A program made the position numbers and the translations under genes. Under the pieces are notes generated by a model, which was not told the DNA's origin, ran no database searches, and was given only the letters and a program-made list of their open reading frames with translations. Of a stretch of DNA of 64,000 nt, positions 10,633 through 21,065 are shown one piece after another; within the stretch, counting starts at the first letter, position 1, and the number at the start of each line of letters is the position of its first letter. The DNA is taken from UHGV virus genome UHGV-0021337; one strand, written 5' to 3'. Origin of the DNA: a virus.

Positions 10633-11043
10633 ATGAATCTATTAGATAGCACCGTACATAATGACACTGTTGTGTGCAGGTTTATGCGAAATACGTACAA
10701 AGAGGATGAATTTTCAAGAGTTGTCAATGACCTGCTACAAGTACCAAGCTTTGTAATCAAGCTAACATCTTTTGAGATACATTTTAATTATTGTAGCAAA
10801 TATTTTGTACTACCGTTATCTTTATTTGATAAGTTTAGTTCTGTGTATGTTAGTCAAGCTTATAGCCGCGATGACATGGCAGCAAACAAGAACGATGTAG
10901 AAACACTAGTTATTGCACAAAAACATAAACCTAAATCGTTGCATCTACTAGAAAAAGTTAACAATAAATGGTGTGTACCATTACATAGTCAAATACGAAT
11001 TACAAAGTCAAAAGATATCGTATTAGATGACGGCGAATTATAA
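10633..11043 (+). CDS. hypothetical protein
   Basis: 136 aa ORF; TTGTATAACA leader motif upstream; followed by a terminator. Confidence 0.3.
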   Translation: MNLLDSTVHNDTVVCRFMRNTYKEDEFSRVVNDLLQVPSFVIKLTSFEIHFNYCSKYFVLPLSLFDKFSSVYVSQAYSRDDMAANKNDVETLVIAQKHKPKSLHLLEKVNNKWCVPLHSQIRITKSKDIVLDDGEL

Positions 11044-11070
11044 GAGCAGATTTACTGCTCTTATTTTTTT
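11042..11070 (+). terminator. rho-independent terminator closing the tail module
   Basis: AAGAGCAG-ATTTA-CTGCTCTT perfect 8-bp stem followed by ATTTTTTT. Confidence 0.55.
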
Positions 11071-11097
11071 GATTCTTTACACTTTGTATATTATAAT
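11069..11097 (+). promoter_or_regulatory. sigma-A-like promoter upstream of the methyltransferase gene
   Basis: TTGATT (-35), 17-nt spacer, TATAAT (-10) 11092-11097. Confidence 0.35.
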
Positions 11098-11103
11098 GTA
11101 AGT

Positions 11104-11847
11104 ATGAACGAAAACAACATTGAACTTTATTTAGGTAACTGGAAAGAACGATTTAAAACAATTCCCGACAAATCTATTGATTTGATTTATACCGACCCAC
11201 CGTATGATATAGGCATATTTAGACCAGGTTCAGGTGGCAGCGTTAACAACATAATGAAGTTAGATAAGACGTTGTTGCCTATAAATCAAATAACCGAAAC
11301 AAAATACAATCTAACAGAATTCTGCGACGAAGCAGTTCGAGTTATGAAAGATATCAATATTTATATATGGTGTAACAAGCCTCAGATAATTCATTACTTC
11401 AATTACTTTGTTAACGAGTTAGGATGCAAGTATGATATTCTATTCTGGAATAAAACAAATGCTCTACCGACATATTCAAATAAATACTTAACGGATTGTG
11501 AGTATCTATTAGTTTTTCGTAAAGGGAAAGCAGCGTTACATCCAGAATGTTATGAAGATGCAAAAACTGTTTTTCAAAGTCCTATAAATCGAGAAAACAA
11601 GATTTATAAACACCCTAACATAAAACCTCTTGAATTAGTTCTACGTGGTATTAAAAATTCATCAAAGGAAGGCGATATAGTTCTAGACCCATTCATGGGA
11701 AGTGGAACCACTGGCGTTGCATGTAAACAAACCGGCAGGAAATTCATTGGATGTGAGATAAATCCAGAATTCTTTGAAACAGCACAGCAACGAATACTTG
11801 GAACTGAGTATCAAGTTACGTCTACCAAAGGAGGTTTGTGGGATTGA
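11104..11847 (+). CDS. DNA methyltransferase, beta-class (N6-adenine or N4-cytosine)
   Basis: Motif IV IYTDPPYDIG precedes motif I FMGSGTTGVAC (beta order); no restriction enzyme nearby. Confidence 0.7.
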   Translation: MNENNIELYLGNWKERFKTIPDKSIDLIYTDPPYDIGIFRPGSGGSVNNIMKLDKTLLPINQITETKYNLTEFCDEAVRVMKDINIYIWCNKPQIIHYFNYFVNELGCKYDILFWNKTNALPTYSNKYLTDCEYLLVFRKGKAALHPECYEDAKTVFQSPINRENKIYKHPNIKPLELVLRGIKNSSKEGDIVLDPFMGSGTTGVACKQTGRKFIGCEINPEFFETAQQRILGTEYQVTSTKGGLWD

Positions 11848-12908
11848 AGATTGTTTTTTATAGCGATGTACATTTTAGTACTTACTCAAGTATTTTTCGC
11901 AAACGTGGAAAAACATATTCTGCAAGACTTGAGAGTTGCATAAACAGCGTCGGATGGGCAGAAGACTACGCAGAGCGGATAGGAGCCGATTTAATTGTAA
12001 TAGGTGGAGACTTTTTTGATAAAAGTGATTTAAGCGCCGAAGAATTAACTGCGTTGAAAGAGGTCTATTTCAGTCAAAAAATAAACCACACTGTACTTGT
12101 AGGAAATCATGAGATGAAAACTAGAAACAGGTCTCTTACAAGCGCACATCTATTTCAAACCCTACACGGTACGTTTGATGTTTTTGATACTCCTGTTGTC
12201 TGGAAAGGTCTTGAAATTAACAAAAATTTTAACTATGTTTTTCTACCTTATATAAATGAAGAAGAAAGGCACGCATTTGTTGAGTATCTTCCAAACAATG
12301 ATTTACCTTCAATTGTATTCAGTCACAACGACATTGCAGGAATCCAACTAGGTCAGTTTACCTCAAAAGAAGGATTTGAAATAAAAGATGTTGAACAATC
12401 TTCTGCATTATTCATAAACGGACATCTTCATAACGGAACTTTCCTAAATCAAAAGCATACTATTTGTAACGTAGGTAATCTAACAGGAAAAGATTTCGGA
12501 GAAAACGGATTTCAGTTTAAGCATCAACTTGCAGTAATTGACACTGATACAATGAGCGTTGAGTTAGTAGATAATCCTTATGCAGCATATTTCTATAAAT
12601 TTGAATTTCATAAAAGTATATCCGAAAGTGAAATACAGAATATTTGTAGTTCTCTTGCTCCTATTTCGTGTATTACATGTAAAGTAGAAATCGACGATGT
12701 ACAAGTAGTAAAATCCGCACTAGACAATTTACCTTGGGTAGTGGACTATCGCCTGATTGCGACTAAAGCACAAGGCGAGCAACCCGAAAGTGACAATGTT
12801 GTTGACACATTTGCATCAATTGACCACATAGCAGCATTCAAGACTTATATTAAGTCACAAATCGGTAACTCTGAGTTATTAGAAAAGGAGTTACAAGAAT
12901 TAGTATGA
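11838..12908 (+). CDS. sbcD: SbcD/Mre11-like nuclease
   Basis: Calcineurin-like motifs FYSDVHF, VIGGDFFD, LVGNHE; paired with the downstream SbcC homologue. Confidence 0.75.
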   Translation: MGLKIVFYSDVHFSTYSSIFRKRGKTYSARLESCINSVGWAEDYAERIGADLIVIGGDFFDKSDLSAEELTALKEVYFSQKINHTVLVGNHEMKTRNRSLTSAHLFQTLHGTFDVFDTPVVWKGLEINKNFNYVFLPYINEEERHAFVEYLPNNDLPSIVFSHNDIAGIQLGQFTSKEGFEIKDVEQSSALFINGHLHNGTFLNQKHTICNVGNLTGKDFGENGFQFKHQLAVIDTDTMSVELVDNPYAAYFYKFEFHKSISESEIQNICSSLAPISCITCKVEIDDVQVVKSALDNLPWVVDYRLIATKAQGEQPESDNVVDTFASIDHIAAFKTYIKSQIGNSELLEKELQELV

Positions 12909-14773
12909 AATTACAATTTACACGTATACAGATACACAATTTTATGTCATTTAGTGACGCCGACATTAGCTTATCCGACCGAGGCTACGTTTTAGTCCGA
13001 GGTGAAAACAATAACCCTGTAGATAATGCACAAAGCAACGGTGCAGGAAAAACAACGATATTTCACGCATTATCTTGGTGTTTAACGGGACTAACGCTTT
13101 CTGGGATTAAAAGCAATGTAGCAAACATAAAGCTCGACGATGGATGCTGGGTAAGAGTTGAATTCAGGAATGAAGGACATATATATAGTATTCTTAGGTC
13201 AAAAGATTCATCCGAGTATAAGACTGATTTGAAAATTTTTATCGATAACGAAGATAAATCAGGCAAGGGAATACGTGATTCCGAAAAACTACTTGAACAA
13301 TACTTGCCAGACTTAACTTATCAGCTTCTAGGGTCAGTCATTCTTCTTGGTCAAGGGCTACCTCAACGTTTTACAAACAACACACCTTCGGGTCGTAAGG
13401 AAGTTTTAGAGAAACTATCTAAATCTGACTTTATGATTGAAGACTTAAAGTCAAAATTAACATCACGTAAATCCACATTACAGAATGATTTACGACAAGT
13501 TGAAGATGCTATACTAACAAAAACTGCAACTATAACCACAAAAGAACAATTCAAGCAACAGTTAGAAGCTTCAAATGCTACACTTGATTCTTCCGTAATA
13601 GCGGCAGAAGTAGAAGCAGTACAAAAAAGCCAAAAAGAATTGTCTGAAAAGATTTCTTATTATGACGAACAATTTTCAGAATGTGGTGTTAAAGACCAAG
13701 AGCTGCTTAATCAAAAAGATGCTGCGTATTCTGATTACTTGTCTGAGTTGCTAGGGCTACAACATCGTTATGACCCTCAAATTGACGCTGCTCAAAAAGA
13801 ATTTCAATCCGCTCAGATTTTATACGCTACACAGAGTGCAGAGTTAACACGACTCAAATCAATAAAAGATGTTTGCCCTACTTGTGGTCAACATATACCT
13901 GGTGTTAGCCGTCCTGACACTTCCGAGCTAGAAGTTATTGTTAACAATCTGTCGCGAGAAGTTCAACAGATTTCTGACAAATTATCTACGCTAAAAGACG
14001 CTCTCAATAAAGAAAAATCAAGCATTACCTCTAGTTATGATACCAAAGCTCGTGAGTTAACTATGTTACGCTCTCAGCTCCAGTTTAAGTGCACTGACAT
14101 TAGAGGAACTCGAGAATTACTTCAATCTCAGTACTCCATTGGAGCAACACGTTTAACATCCTTGCAAGGACAACTAGCATCTTTGAACGAAACAAAGATT
14201 AAAAATGAAACAACAATACGCACTATAGCTCAAGAAATTGAAGATCTACATTCTGAAATCTTGTATAACAATACGAAAAAAGAAGAGTTAACAACACGAT
14301 TGAGTTTAGTTACAAAAATGTTAACTATTGCAACAAGAGATTTCCGAGGATTCCTACTAACTAATGTTATTGACTACATTGACTCTTGTGCAAAAAACTA
14401 TTGTCAACAGATATTTGAAACTGATAAACTTAATTTTTACCTCGATAGTAACAATTTAGACATAACGTATGACGGTAAACTATATGAAGGATTATCAACA
14501 GGTGAAAAACAAAAAGTCGACGTAATAATACAACTATCGTTGCGTGATATGCTCTGCAAGTATATGAATTTCAATTGCAACATTCTTGCTCTTGATGAGG
14601 TGTTTGATGGCCTTGATAGCGTGGGGTGCGAAAGAATTGTTAATTTAATAAACAACATAACTGACATTGAGAGCATCTTTATCATAACGCATCATTGTAA
14701 CGATATTGAGTTAAGTTATGATGATGAAATCGTTGTTGTTAAAAATAAAGATGGAATAAGTGAGATTAAATAG
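12905..14773 (+). CDS. sbcC: SbcC/Rad50-like ATPase
   Basis: Walker A NGAGKTT; CxxC zinc-hook VCPTCGQ inside a coiled coil; signature LSTGEKQKV; Walker B ILALDEVFDGLD. Confidence 0.8.
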   Translation: MKLQFTRIQIHNFMSFSDADISLSDRGYVLVRGENNNPVDNAQSNGAGKTTIFHALSWCLTGLTLSGIKSNVANIKLDDGCWVRVEFRNEGHIYSILRSKDSSEYKTDLKIFIDNEDKSGKGIRDSEKLLEQYLPDLTYQLLGSVILLGQGLPQRFTNNTPSGRKEVLEKLSKSDFMIEDLKSKLTSRKSTLQNDLRQVEDAILTKTATITTKEQFKQQLEASNATLDSSVIAAEVEAVQKSQKELSEKISYYDEQFSECGVKDQELLNQKDAAYSDYLSELLGLQHRYDPQIDAAQKEFQSAQILYATQSAELTRLKSIKDVCPTCGQHIPGVSRPDTSELEVIVNNLSREVQQISDKLSTLKDALNKEKSSITSSYDTKARELTMLRSQLQFKCTDIRGTRELLQSQYSIGATRLTSLQGQLASLNETKIKNETTIRTIAQEIEDLHSEILYNNTKKEELTTRLSLVTKMLTIATRDFRGFLLTNVIDYIDSCAKNYCQQIFETDKLNFYLDSNNLDITYDGKLYEGLSTGEKQKVDVIIQLSLRDMLCKYMNFNCNILALDEVFDGLDSVGCERIVNLINNITDIESIFIITHHCNDIELSYDDEIVVVKNKDGISEIK

Positions 14774-15624
14774 TGCAAACATTTTTTAAGCCAAAAGACA
14801 AACGTTGGGTTGACTTAGCAATTTGGTGCGACCAAAATGCTTACAAGACAGATTGTGACAATAATACTTTATATCAATATCTATATCTTTTGTTTTGGAT
14901 GTTGTCACATAAGTGGAACTACTTCCACAAAGAATCTGACTATGACGAATTTTGTCTTCTTGGTGCTCAAACAGTTTATATGCGATTGAAAAATCCTAAA
15001 CAATTTGACGGAAGTGGTAAGCTACAACCAGTTAAGTCAGTATTGAATTACATAAAGAATGTTATATACCCCATATCTGTAACATTTCAAATGCAATCCT
15101 TTGCCCAAGGATTTACAATTGAAGATGATTACAATGCGGCATTACGAGCTCAACATATGCTTAATGAAAAAGCTCGTCACTATAGCGATGACACAATGCG
15201 CATGGAATTTGAGCATTGTTTATCTTGTATAACAAATACGATAAAAACATTAGTAAAAGAACTTCCATATCGTAATGACAAACTAACAACTCACAATATT
15301 TATATAAGTTGTTTACTTACAATACTAAACTATTTGAAACTCGACAAAATTAAACTTGCCCGTCTTAATTATCGAGATAATAAAGGTATGAACAACGAAT
15401 GGGTAATAAATGAGTTGTATAGAGACACACGATATCAGAAAGCACTCTTATTCCATCTACCAGACTCTATGAGCAACTATGTGTCTGTTATTGTTAATAG
15501 AGCACTTGCTCTTATGTCAGCTGATTTGATTGGTGTTATTGGAAGTTATCAACCCTCTGATGCTATTGTAAAGGCAATCATTGCTTCTCCGTTAGAGGAT
15601 TATGTGGAGCCAAATAATGACTAA
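14773..15624 (+). CDS. hypothetical protein
   Basis: 283 aa ORF with ATGA coupling. Confidence 0.35.
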   Translation: MQTFFKPKDKRWVDLAIWCDQNAYKTDCDNNTLYQYLYLLFWMLSHKWNYFHKESDYDEFCLLGAQTVYMRLKNPKQFDGSGKLQPVKSVLNYIKNVIYPISVTFQMQSFAQGFTIEDDYNAALRAQHMLNEKARHYSDDTMRMEFEHCLSCITNTIKTLVKELPYRNDKLTTHNIYISCLLTILNYLKLDKIKLARLNYRDNKGMNNEWVINELYRDTRYQKALLFHLPDSMSNYVSVIVNRALALMSADLIGVIGSYQPSDAIVKAIIASPLEDYVEPNND

Positions 15625-16012
15625 CAACCAGATTAAAAACTTGAAAGATACCGACTGTTATAGTTTAATCTTATTTTGTTTATATAAGCTTTTAGATGTA
15701 CCAGAATATTCTTCTTTAAGCGAACTAGTATATGTTTTAGATAAACAAAATTTACTCAATTTATGTGAGTATTTTGGGGGGCAAACAATTACAATACCCA
15801 CTATTGAAGAATTAGAGACATTAACATATTCATTACTTCTTTATCAATACGTGAATGTCGAAAAGAAAGACTACACAGAAGCTCTTGAACTTATAGGACA
15901 CGAATCAAAAGATTTGCGAAGAGTAAAAAAATTCTACACAAAACTTTGCGAAGTTCTTGAAAAGTATAGTTTTCTGCCTCGAGATCCTGCACATAAATCG
16001 GTGGCTCTATGA
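15602..16012 (+). CDS. hypothetical protein (an alternative start at ATG 15617 has better RBS spacing)
   Basis: 136 aa ORF. Confidence 0.35.
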   Translation: MWSQIMTNNQIKNLKDTDCYSLILFCLYKLLDVPEYSSLSELVYVLDKQNLLNLCEYFGGQTITIPTIEELETLTYSLLLYQYVNVEKKDYTEALELIGHESKDLRRVKKFYTKLCEVLEKYSFLPRDPAHKSVAL

Positions 16013-16206
16013 CACAGGCAGGCATATACAAAATGCTCGAAGAGCTTAGCGAGCATAAGAGAGACAGACGATACTTGACTCAAATATTCATTCAAGACCG
16101 ACTTAATAAATCTATAGAAACTTACTATGACGATTTAACGCGTTCATATAATTCATTAAAACATAAAAATGAATTACACGTTTTAAGAAAATTAAACAAG
16201 GCATAA
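16009..16206 (+). CDS. hypothetical small protein
   Basis: 65 aa ORF coupled to its neighbours. Confidence 0.3.
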   Translation: MTQAGIYKMLEELSEHKRDRRYLTQIFIQDRLNKSIETYYDDLTRSYNSLKHKNELHVLRKLNKA

Positions 16207-16211
16207 ATATC

Positions 16212-16538
16212 ATGACAAATGTTGTTGAAGATTTGAATACAATTACATCGATACCTCGAGCAAATATTTCAAAACTATTTCAAAGAGTGGAGTGGCTTAT
16301 TTGCAATGCCATATATGAGGCATATATATCGGGAAATGACCTCGCGGAAATAAACTTAGGATTCGGCAAAATTTCTGTGCTGATAACAGGAAATGAGCTT
16401 AAGTATAGATTCCAGCCCTCAAGAAAAACAGAAGCTATGTTACGTGAGATATTTGAAAAGGGTTATGACCCTATCGCAGCGGAAGCAGAAAAAGCTGTCG
16501 TGGGCACAACTTTGAAAGCATATAAGGATTTATTGTGA
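16212..16538 (+). CDS. possible HU/TF1-like DNA-binding protein
   Basis: About 100 aa; AEINLGFGKISVL resembles the HU beta-arm motif (xLxGFGxF). Confidence 0.3.
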   Translation: MTNVVEDLNTITSIPRANISKLFQRVEWLICNAIYEAYISGNDLAEINLGFGKISVLITGNELKYRFQPSRKTEAMLREIFEKGYDPIAAEAEKAVVGTTLKAYKDLL

Positions 16539-17077
16539 GCGAAGAAACTCGTGTAGCGTTGTCTGATGCTACAACAAAACTAGATAATGAGTCTAATGAT
16601 ATCGTCAATGAACTTGTAGAAACCAAAGACCCGCAACAAATTCAGGACCTTACTGCATTATTTAATATAACAAATACTAAAAAGAATGCTTTACGAATAA
16701 TGCGGTTAGGGGAATTATGGGACGCGTCTTCGTCTGAGTTGTTAAAACGTGTTTCAGAGCATCCGGATATGCATTCTAATGAAGACTTGGTTAAATACTT
16801 ATCTATTGCAGAGAGCGGAATGGACCGAGCTGCTAAGACGCTCGGCAATGTGGATGTAACACCGATAATCCAAATAAACCAACAAAACAACACTGTAAAT
16901 ATAAACAATGACAATGAATTAAGCCGTGATGACCGCTTGAAAGTTATGGATGTTGTAAATAGCATCCTTAAAAAAGTTAAAACAGAAGAATTATTTGATA
17001 AAGATAACGATATAACAGATAATTCTACTGTATTAAATAACAATAATGAATTAGGAGATGACGATGCCAGTGTCTGA
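16535..17077 (+). CDS. acidic hypothetical protein
   Basis: 180 aa; Asn/Asp-rich low-complexity C-terminus. Confidence 0.3.
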   Translation: MSEETRVALSDATTKLDNESNDIVNELVETKDPQQIQDLTALFNITNTKKNALRIMRLGELWDASSSELLKRVSEHPDMHSNEDLVKYLSIAESGMDRAAKTLGNVDVTPIIQINQQNNTVNINNDNELSRDDRLKVMDVVNSILKKVKTEELFDKDNDITDNSTVLNNNNELGDDDASV

Positions 17078-17261
17078 TGATACAATAAAAGCAACAAAAG
17101 CAGACCTCGAAGCTGAACTTACTCAGTTACGAAATGAAAACAACAACTTAAATAAGCAACTAGAGGAAACACGTAGAGAAGTACAAAACCTAAATGCTCG
17201 TTATAACAAGCTTTTTGGACTTTTCGCAAATAACATAGATTACTACCTCGGTAATAAATAA
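17058..17261 (+). CDS. small coiled-coil protein
   Basis: 67 aa with a heptad-like region LEAELTQLRNENNNLNKQLEETRREVQNL. Confidence 0.3.
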   Translation: MTMPVSDDTIKATKADLEAELTQLRNENNNLNKQLEETRREVQNLNARYNKLFGLFANNIDYYLGNK

Positions 17262-17270
17262 AGGTGACTA

Positions 17271-18461
17271 ATGGTTAACGACACACTTGCACAGGAACTT
17301 ATCAATGTAGACATTCATAATTTTGAAGATTATGTAGGATTTCTAGTAGACTCAAAATTTGACGGAACAGCCGATATTAGCTATCAGGATATTTCGGACC
17401 TAGTTTATGATAAACTTGGAATCAAGTATGGTAAAGACTGGTATCGAATTCACGCACATGAATTCTTAAAATCAGATGATGTATGTGTAGATGCAGAAGA
17501 AAACAACACTGATATTTATGACGCTATTCAAGATTTGAAAAAAGAACGTGTCAAACTATCAGATGAACGAATTCAAAATAACGCATACATACGTAGACTT
17601 GCTCGTGAAGATACTCTAAAAGAAATTGCCAGAGATGCAGTAGCAGCAATGAACGATAAATTCATCCTTCCGTGCCTTGCTAAGAACCTCTCTAATTCTA
17701 ACACTGAAGGAATTTTATGTCTGAGCGATTGGCACTATGGGTTTGATTTCGTAAATGCATTCAATACATATAACCCCGAAGTTGCAGTCGAAAGAGTTGC
17801 TAAACTTAGAGATAAGGTAATAGATTACATACAGAAAGAGCACATATCTAAACTTCACGTCCTCAACTTAGGTGACTTAATTGCAGGAAGAATACATCTT
17901 ACAATAAGACTAGAAAGTAGGTTTGATGTAATAACACAGATAATTCAAGTTTCTGAAATTCTTGCCGAATTGCTACACTCTTTCACACCTTATTGTGAAG
18001 TTGATTACTATTCCGCAATAGACAATCACTCGAGACTTGAACCCAAAAAATCAGATTCTTTAGATCTTGAATCTCTCGCACGTATAACTGATTGGTATAT
18101 AAAAGACCGTCTGTACGGACAGATAACTGTTCACGAAAATAAATTCGGTAAAGATATAATAACACTTGAATGCTTAGGGCATAAAATAATGGGTGTACAT
18201 GGAGACAAAGATAATCACGTTACAATGATTGATAAATTGTCGATGATGACCCGTGATTCTTATGACTTAGTACTCGCGGCCCATCTTCACCATTACTCGA
18301 GCGACGAGAAAAATATGTGTGTTTCAATTGGTAACGGAACACTTATGGGTGTTGACTCGTACGCCGAAAGTTTACGTTTAACTAGTACTCCTTCGCAAAA
18401 TTTAATTGTTGTAACTCCTGAAAATGTTACAGAAAGTATTCATAGAATCATATTAGATTAA
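17271..18461 (+). CDS. calcineurin-like metallophosphoesterase (nuclease- or phosphatase-like)
   Basis: Motifs LSDWHYGFD, LGDLIAG, DNHSR, GVHGDKD, AHLHH. Confidence 0.55.
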   Translation: MVNDTLAQELINVDIHNFEDYVGFLVDSKFDGTADISYQDISDLVYDKLGIKYGKDWYRIHAHEFLKSDDVCVDAEENNTDIYDAIQDLKKERVKLSDERIQNNAYIRRLAREDTLKEIARDAVAAMNDKFILPCLAKNLSNSNTEGILCLSDWHYGFDFVNAFNTYNPEVAVERVAKLRDKVIDYIQKEHISKLHVLNLGDLIAGRIHLTIRLESRFDVITQIIQVSEILAELLHSFTPYCEVDYYSAIDNHSRLEPKKSDSLDLESLARITDWYIKDRLYGQITVHENKFGKDIITLECLGHKIMGVHGDKDNHVTMIDKLSMMTRDSYDLVLAAHLHHYSSDEKNMCVSIGNGTLMGVDSYAESLRLTSTPSQNLIVVTPENVTESIHRIILD

Positions 18462-18522
18462 CTTGAAATCTTAAAGTCCAACACATAAGTCAAATAAGTA
18501 AGGGTGTTGGTAAGGAGAATAT

Positions 18523-18960
18523 ATGAAAATTTATGGTAACGATGGTAATGCTTATGCAACCGTCAAAGAAGCAAAAGAAGCAGATGAACGTTTTGAATTA
18601 GCACAAAAAGAAGCAGCTATCAAAAAAGAACAATCTGAAAAATGTGTTGTTAACGAAAAGAAAGAACTTTCAAATAAAATTCAAGTGGCTGAGCAGAAAT
18701 ATCAAGACGCTCTTGCTAACTACACGCAACTTAAGAAAGATGCTGAAGATTTAATACGGGAAGCCAACAAGAAAGCATACAACATTCTTCTTGAAGGCGC
18801 AAAAGAAGTAGAAAAGTATTCTAATGAACGTATGAATTTGATAAAAGAATTCAACGATAAATATGACAGGCCCTTCACACAATTTTACACAGGTAAAGAT
18901 GCAGAAGAGCAATACAATAAGGTTATTAAGCAGTTTGCAGAAATATTCAAACTATTCTAA
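18523..18960 (+). CDS. coiled-coil hypothetical protein
   Basis: 145 aa, K/E-rich; strong RBS AAGGAGAA. Confidence 0.35.
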   Translation: MKIYGNDGNAYATVKEAKEADERFELAQKEAAIKKEQSEKCVVNEKKELSNKIQVAEQKYQDALANYTQLKKDAEDLIREANKKAYNILLEGAKEVEKYSNERMNLIKEFNDKYDRPFTQFYTGKDAEEQYNKVIKQFAEIFKLF

Positions 18961-18977
18961 TTAAATCTATTTATGCT

Positions 18978-19013
18978 AATAACTGCAATTATTTTGTTGC
19001 AGTTATTTTTTTT
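18978..19013 (+). terminator. rho-independent terminator
   Basis: AATAACTGCAA / TTGCAGTTATT 11-bp stem plus T8. Confidence 0.6.
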
Positions 19014-19024
19014 GTATATAATAT

Positions 19025-19372
19025 ATGAAACAATTTGAAACATTACATTTGACAGACTTCGCTATTCAATTTTTATATGATGAAGCAGCACCGATAGTAG
19101 CTCACGATTTTGTAGGGTACATTACAAAATATTCAACTCACAGTAAGGTCGGCATTGGAGTAACAATATCAGGAGACATACTGGTATTTTCAATGACCTC
19201 TAAACCTTTGTCTGCTCGAAAAATTACACGTATATTGAATAAACTGATTAAAAAGCAATTTCTTGAAGTATCAATTGAGCCCTTTCCTGAGTTTTCTGAA
19301 AAATTTAATCTGCAATTTGATTTGTCGAAAGCATTTATATTAGACGGCCCATATTTTAGGAGAGCGTCGTGA
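19025..19372 (+). CDS. hypothetical protein
   Basis: 115 aa ORF. Confidence 0.3.
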   Translation: MKQFETLHLTDFAIQFLYDEAAPIVAHDFVGYITKYSTHSKVGIGVTISGDILVFSMTSKPLSARKITRILNKLIKKQFLEVSIEPFPEFSEKFNLQFDLSKAFILDGPYFRRAS

Positions 19373-20085
19373 AAAAGTATTTTTGTTTCGGAGACGTACA
19401 CAGTTTTTATACTGAACTCAAAGCTTCATTAGAAACTGCAGGATATGATAAAAATAACAAAGACCATATAATTGTAAGTTGTGGTGACCTTCTAGACAGA
19501 GGCAATGAGTCAATAGAATGTCTAAACTTTGTTAATTCTCTTCCTAAAAATAGGAAAATCTTGATTAGAGGTAATCACGAAGACTTACTAGAAGAGTGTA
19601 TAGATAGAAAAGAGTTCTTATCACATGATTTGCATAACGGGACTCTAAAAACCATCTTTCAACTGTGTGGTAAAGATGACTCTGAATTTTGGTTTAATGA
19701 TAACTATAAAATTGTATTTGACCTTATAAAACAATGCAAGCCCTTGTATAAATACTTGAATAGTTTACAAGATTACGCAGAAGTTGGTCCATACTTATTT
19801 GTTCATGGATGGTTTCCTTTATGTTTAGATTGGACACCCGAAGCTTGGAATAAAGCAAGGTGGTTGAATGGTATGGCTCAATGGCAAACAGGCCAACGCT
19901 ATCCTGAAAAAACAGTTGTTTGTGGACATTGGCATACTAGTTGGGGAAATAGCAAACTTCATAACATCGGAGTTGAATGGGGACAAGATGCATCGTTTGA
20001 ACCTTTTGTTGATGAAGGCATAATTGCCCTAGATGGTTGCGTTGCATATTCTAAAACAATAAATGTAGTTGTATTGGAGATATAA
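19369..20085 (+). CDS. PPP-family Ser/Thr protein phosphatase or ApaH-like metallophosphatase
   Basis: GDVHS, GDLLDRG, RGNHE signature motifs. Confidence 0.6.
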   Translation: MKKYFCFGDVHSFYTELKASLETAGYDKNNKDHIIVSCGDLLDRGNESIECLNFVNSLPKNRKILIRGNHEDLLEECIDRKEFLSHDLHNGTLKTIFQLCGKDDSEFWFNDNYKIVFDLIKQCKPLYKYLNSLQDYAEVGPYLFVHGWFPLCLDWTPEAWNKARWLNGMAQWQTGQRYPEKTVVCGHWHTSWGNSKLHNIGVEWGQDASFEPFVDEGIIALDGCVAYSKTINVVVLEI

Positions 20086-20474
20086 TGAATAACGATATAG
20101 TTAATTTTCTATACCAGAATGGTTGTGTTCAAGATGCTAGCGGACATATCACAACAGCTTGTGGTGATTATGTTACATATGCTAAACTTGATTCTGAACC
20201 AATCGCGAATTTTATATATAAACATAAGTTAACTGATTTACAATCAATTTCTACAGCACGCGGAGAAGGTTGCGGAGGAGCAGTCGGTATCGGGTTCAAT
20301 GCTGACGAGCAAAAATGGTATGGATTCACACATCGCGGATTTGGTTCGTTTGGAATTGGATTCAAAGTAAAACCTCAATATGCAATTGCTTCTTCTTTAC
20401 CTGAAGGATTTGAATGCAAAACTCTTGAAGATTGTAAACAAGCCGCTATTGCAATGAGTGAGTATCTTGATTAG
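20085..20474 (+). CDS. hypothetical protein
   Basis: 129 aa ORF. Confidence 0.3.
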   Translation: MNNDIVNFLYQNGCVQDASGHITTACGDYVTYAKLDSEPIANFIYKHKLTDLQSISTARGEGCGGAVGIGFNADEQKWYGFTHRGFGSFGIGFKVKPQYAIASSLPEGFECKTLEDCKQAAIAMSEYLD

Positions 20475-20482
20475 AGGAAAAT

Positions 20483-20797
20483 ATGGCAGTTAAAGATTTA
20501 GAAAAATACTATGAGAAACTAACAAAACAACATATAGAGTTGAATGAAGAATATCTAGACTATGCAAGAAACAATGTGTTAACAGAAGCTGATGAAAAGG
20601 AACATCAAGTCGAAGATACAAACTGGAAACGTGTTACTTATCTAATGTATCTTCTACATAAACCTACAAAGAAATGCAAGCATAAAAAATATGAATTGAT
20701 GAATAAAAAATTGCTGGCGACTGTTGGAAAAGAAAATACTGCAGAAGCCGTATTAAAAGAAAATAAAGACGCTATATCGAGAGTAACCCATGATTGA
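20483..20797 (+). CDS. hypothetical protein
   Basis: 104 aa ORF. Confidence 0.3.
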   Translation: MAVKDLEKYYEKLTKQHIELNEEYLDYARNNVLTEADEKEHQVEDTNWKRVTYLMYLLHKPTKKCKHKKYELMNKKLLATVGKENTAEAVLKENKDAISRVTHD

Positions 20798-21065
20798 AGA
20801 TGTTGCAAAGATACTAAAAATTGATAACTTTAACAGTAATGCTAGTGGCGATTCCATAACATACACGCTTGACACAGACAACGATTTTGGTTCAGTTTAT
20901 ACTGTATTAGAATCAAACGATGATTTTCAAGAATCACAAGATAACTATATGTTGAATCCTACGATAGCCAACCTTGAATATGTATATAATAATGATTATA
21001 GAATTGAGTTGAAAGGAAATTTTGACTCGAACACATATTCAGTAACAATTACGGAGAAACAATGA
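20790..21065 (+). CDS. hypothetical protein
   Basis: 91 aa ORF. Confidence 0.3.
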   Translation: MIEDVAKILKIDNFNSNASGDSITYTLDTDNDFGSVYTVLESNDDFQESQDNYMLNPTIANLEYVYNNDYRIELKGNFDSNTYSVTITEKQ

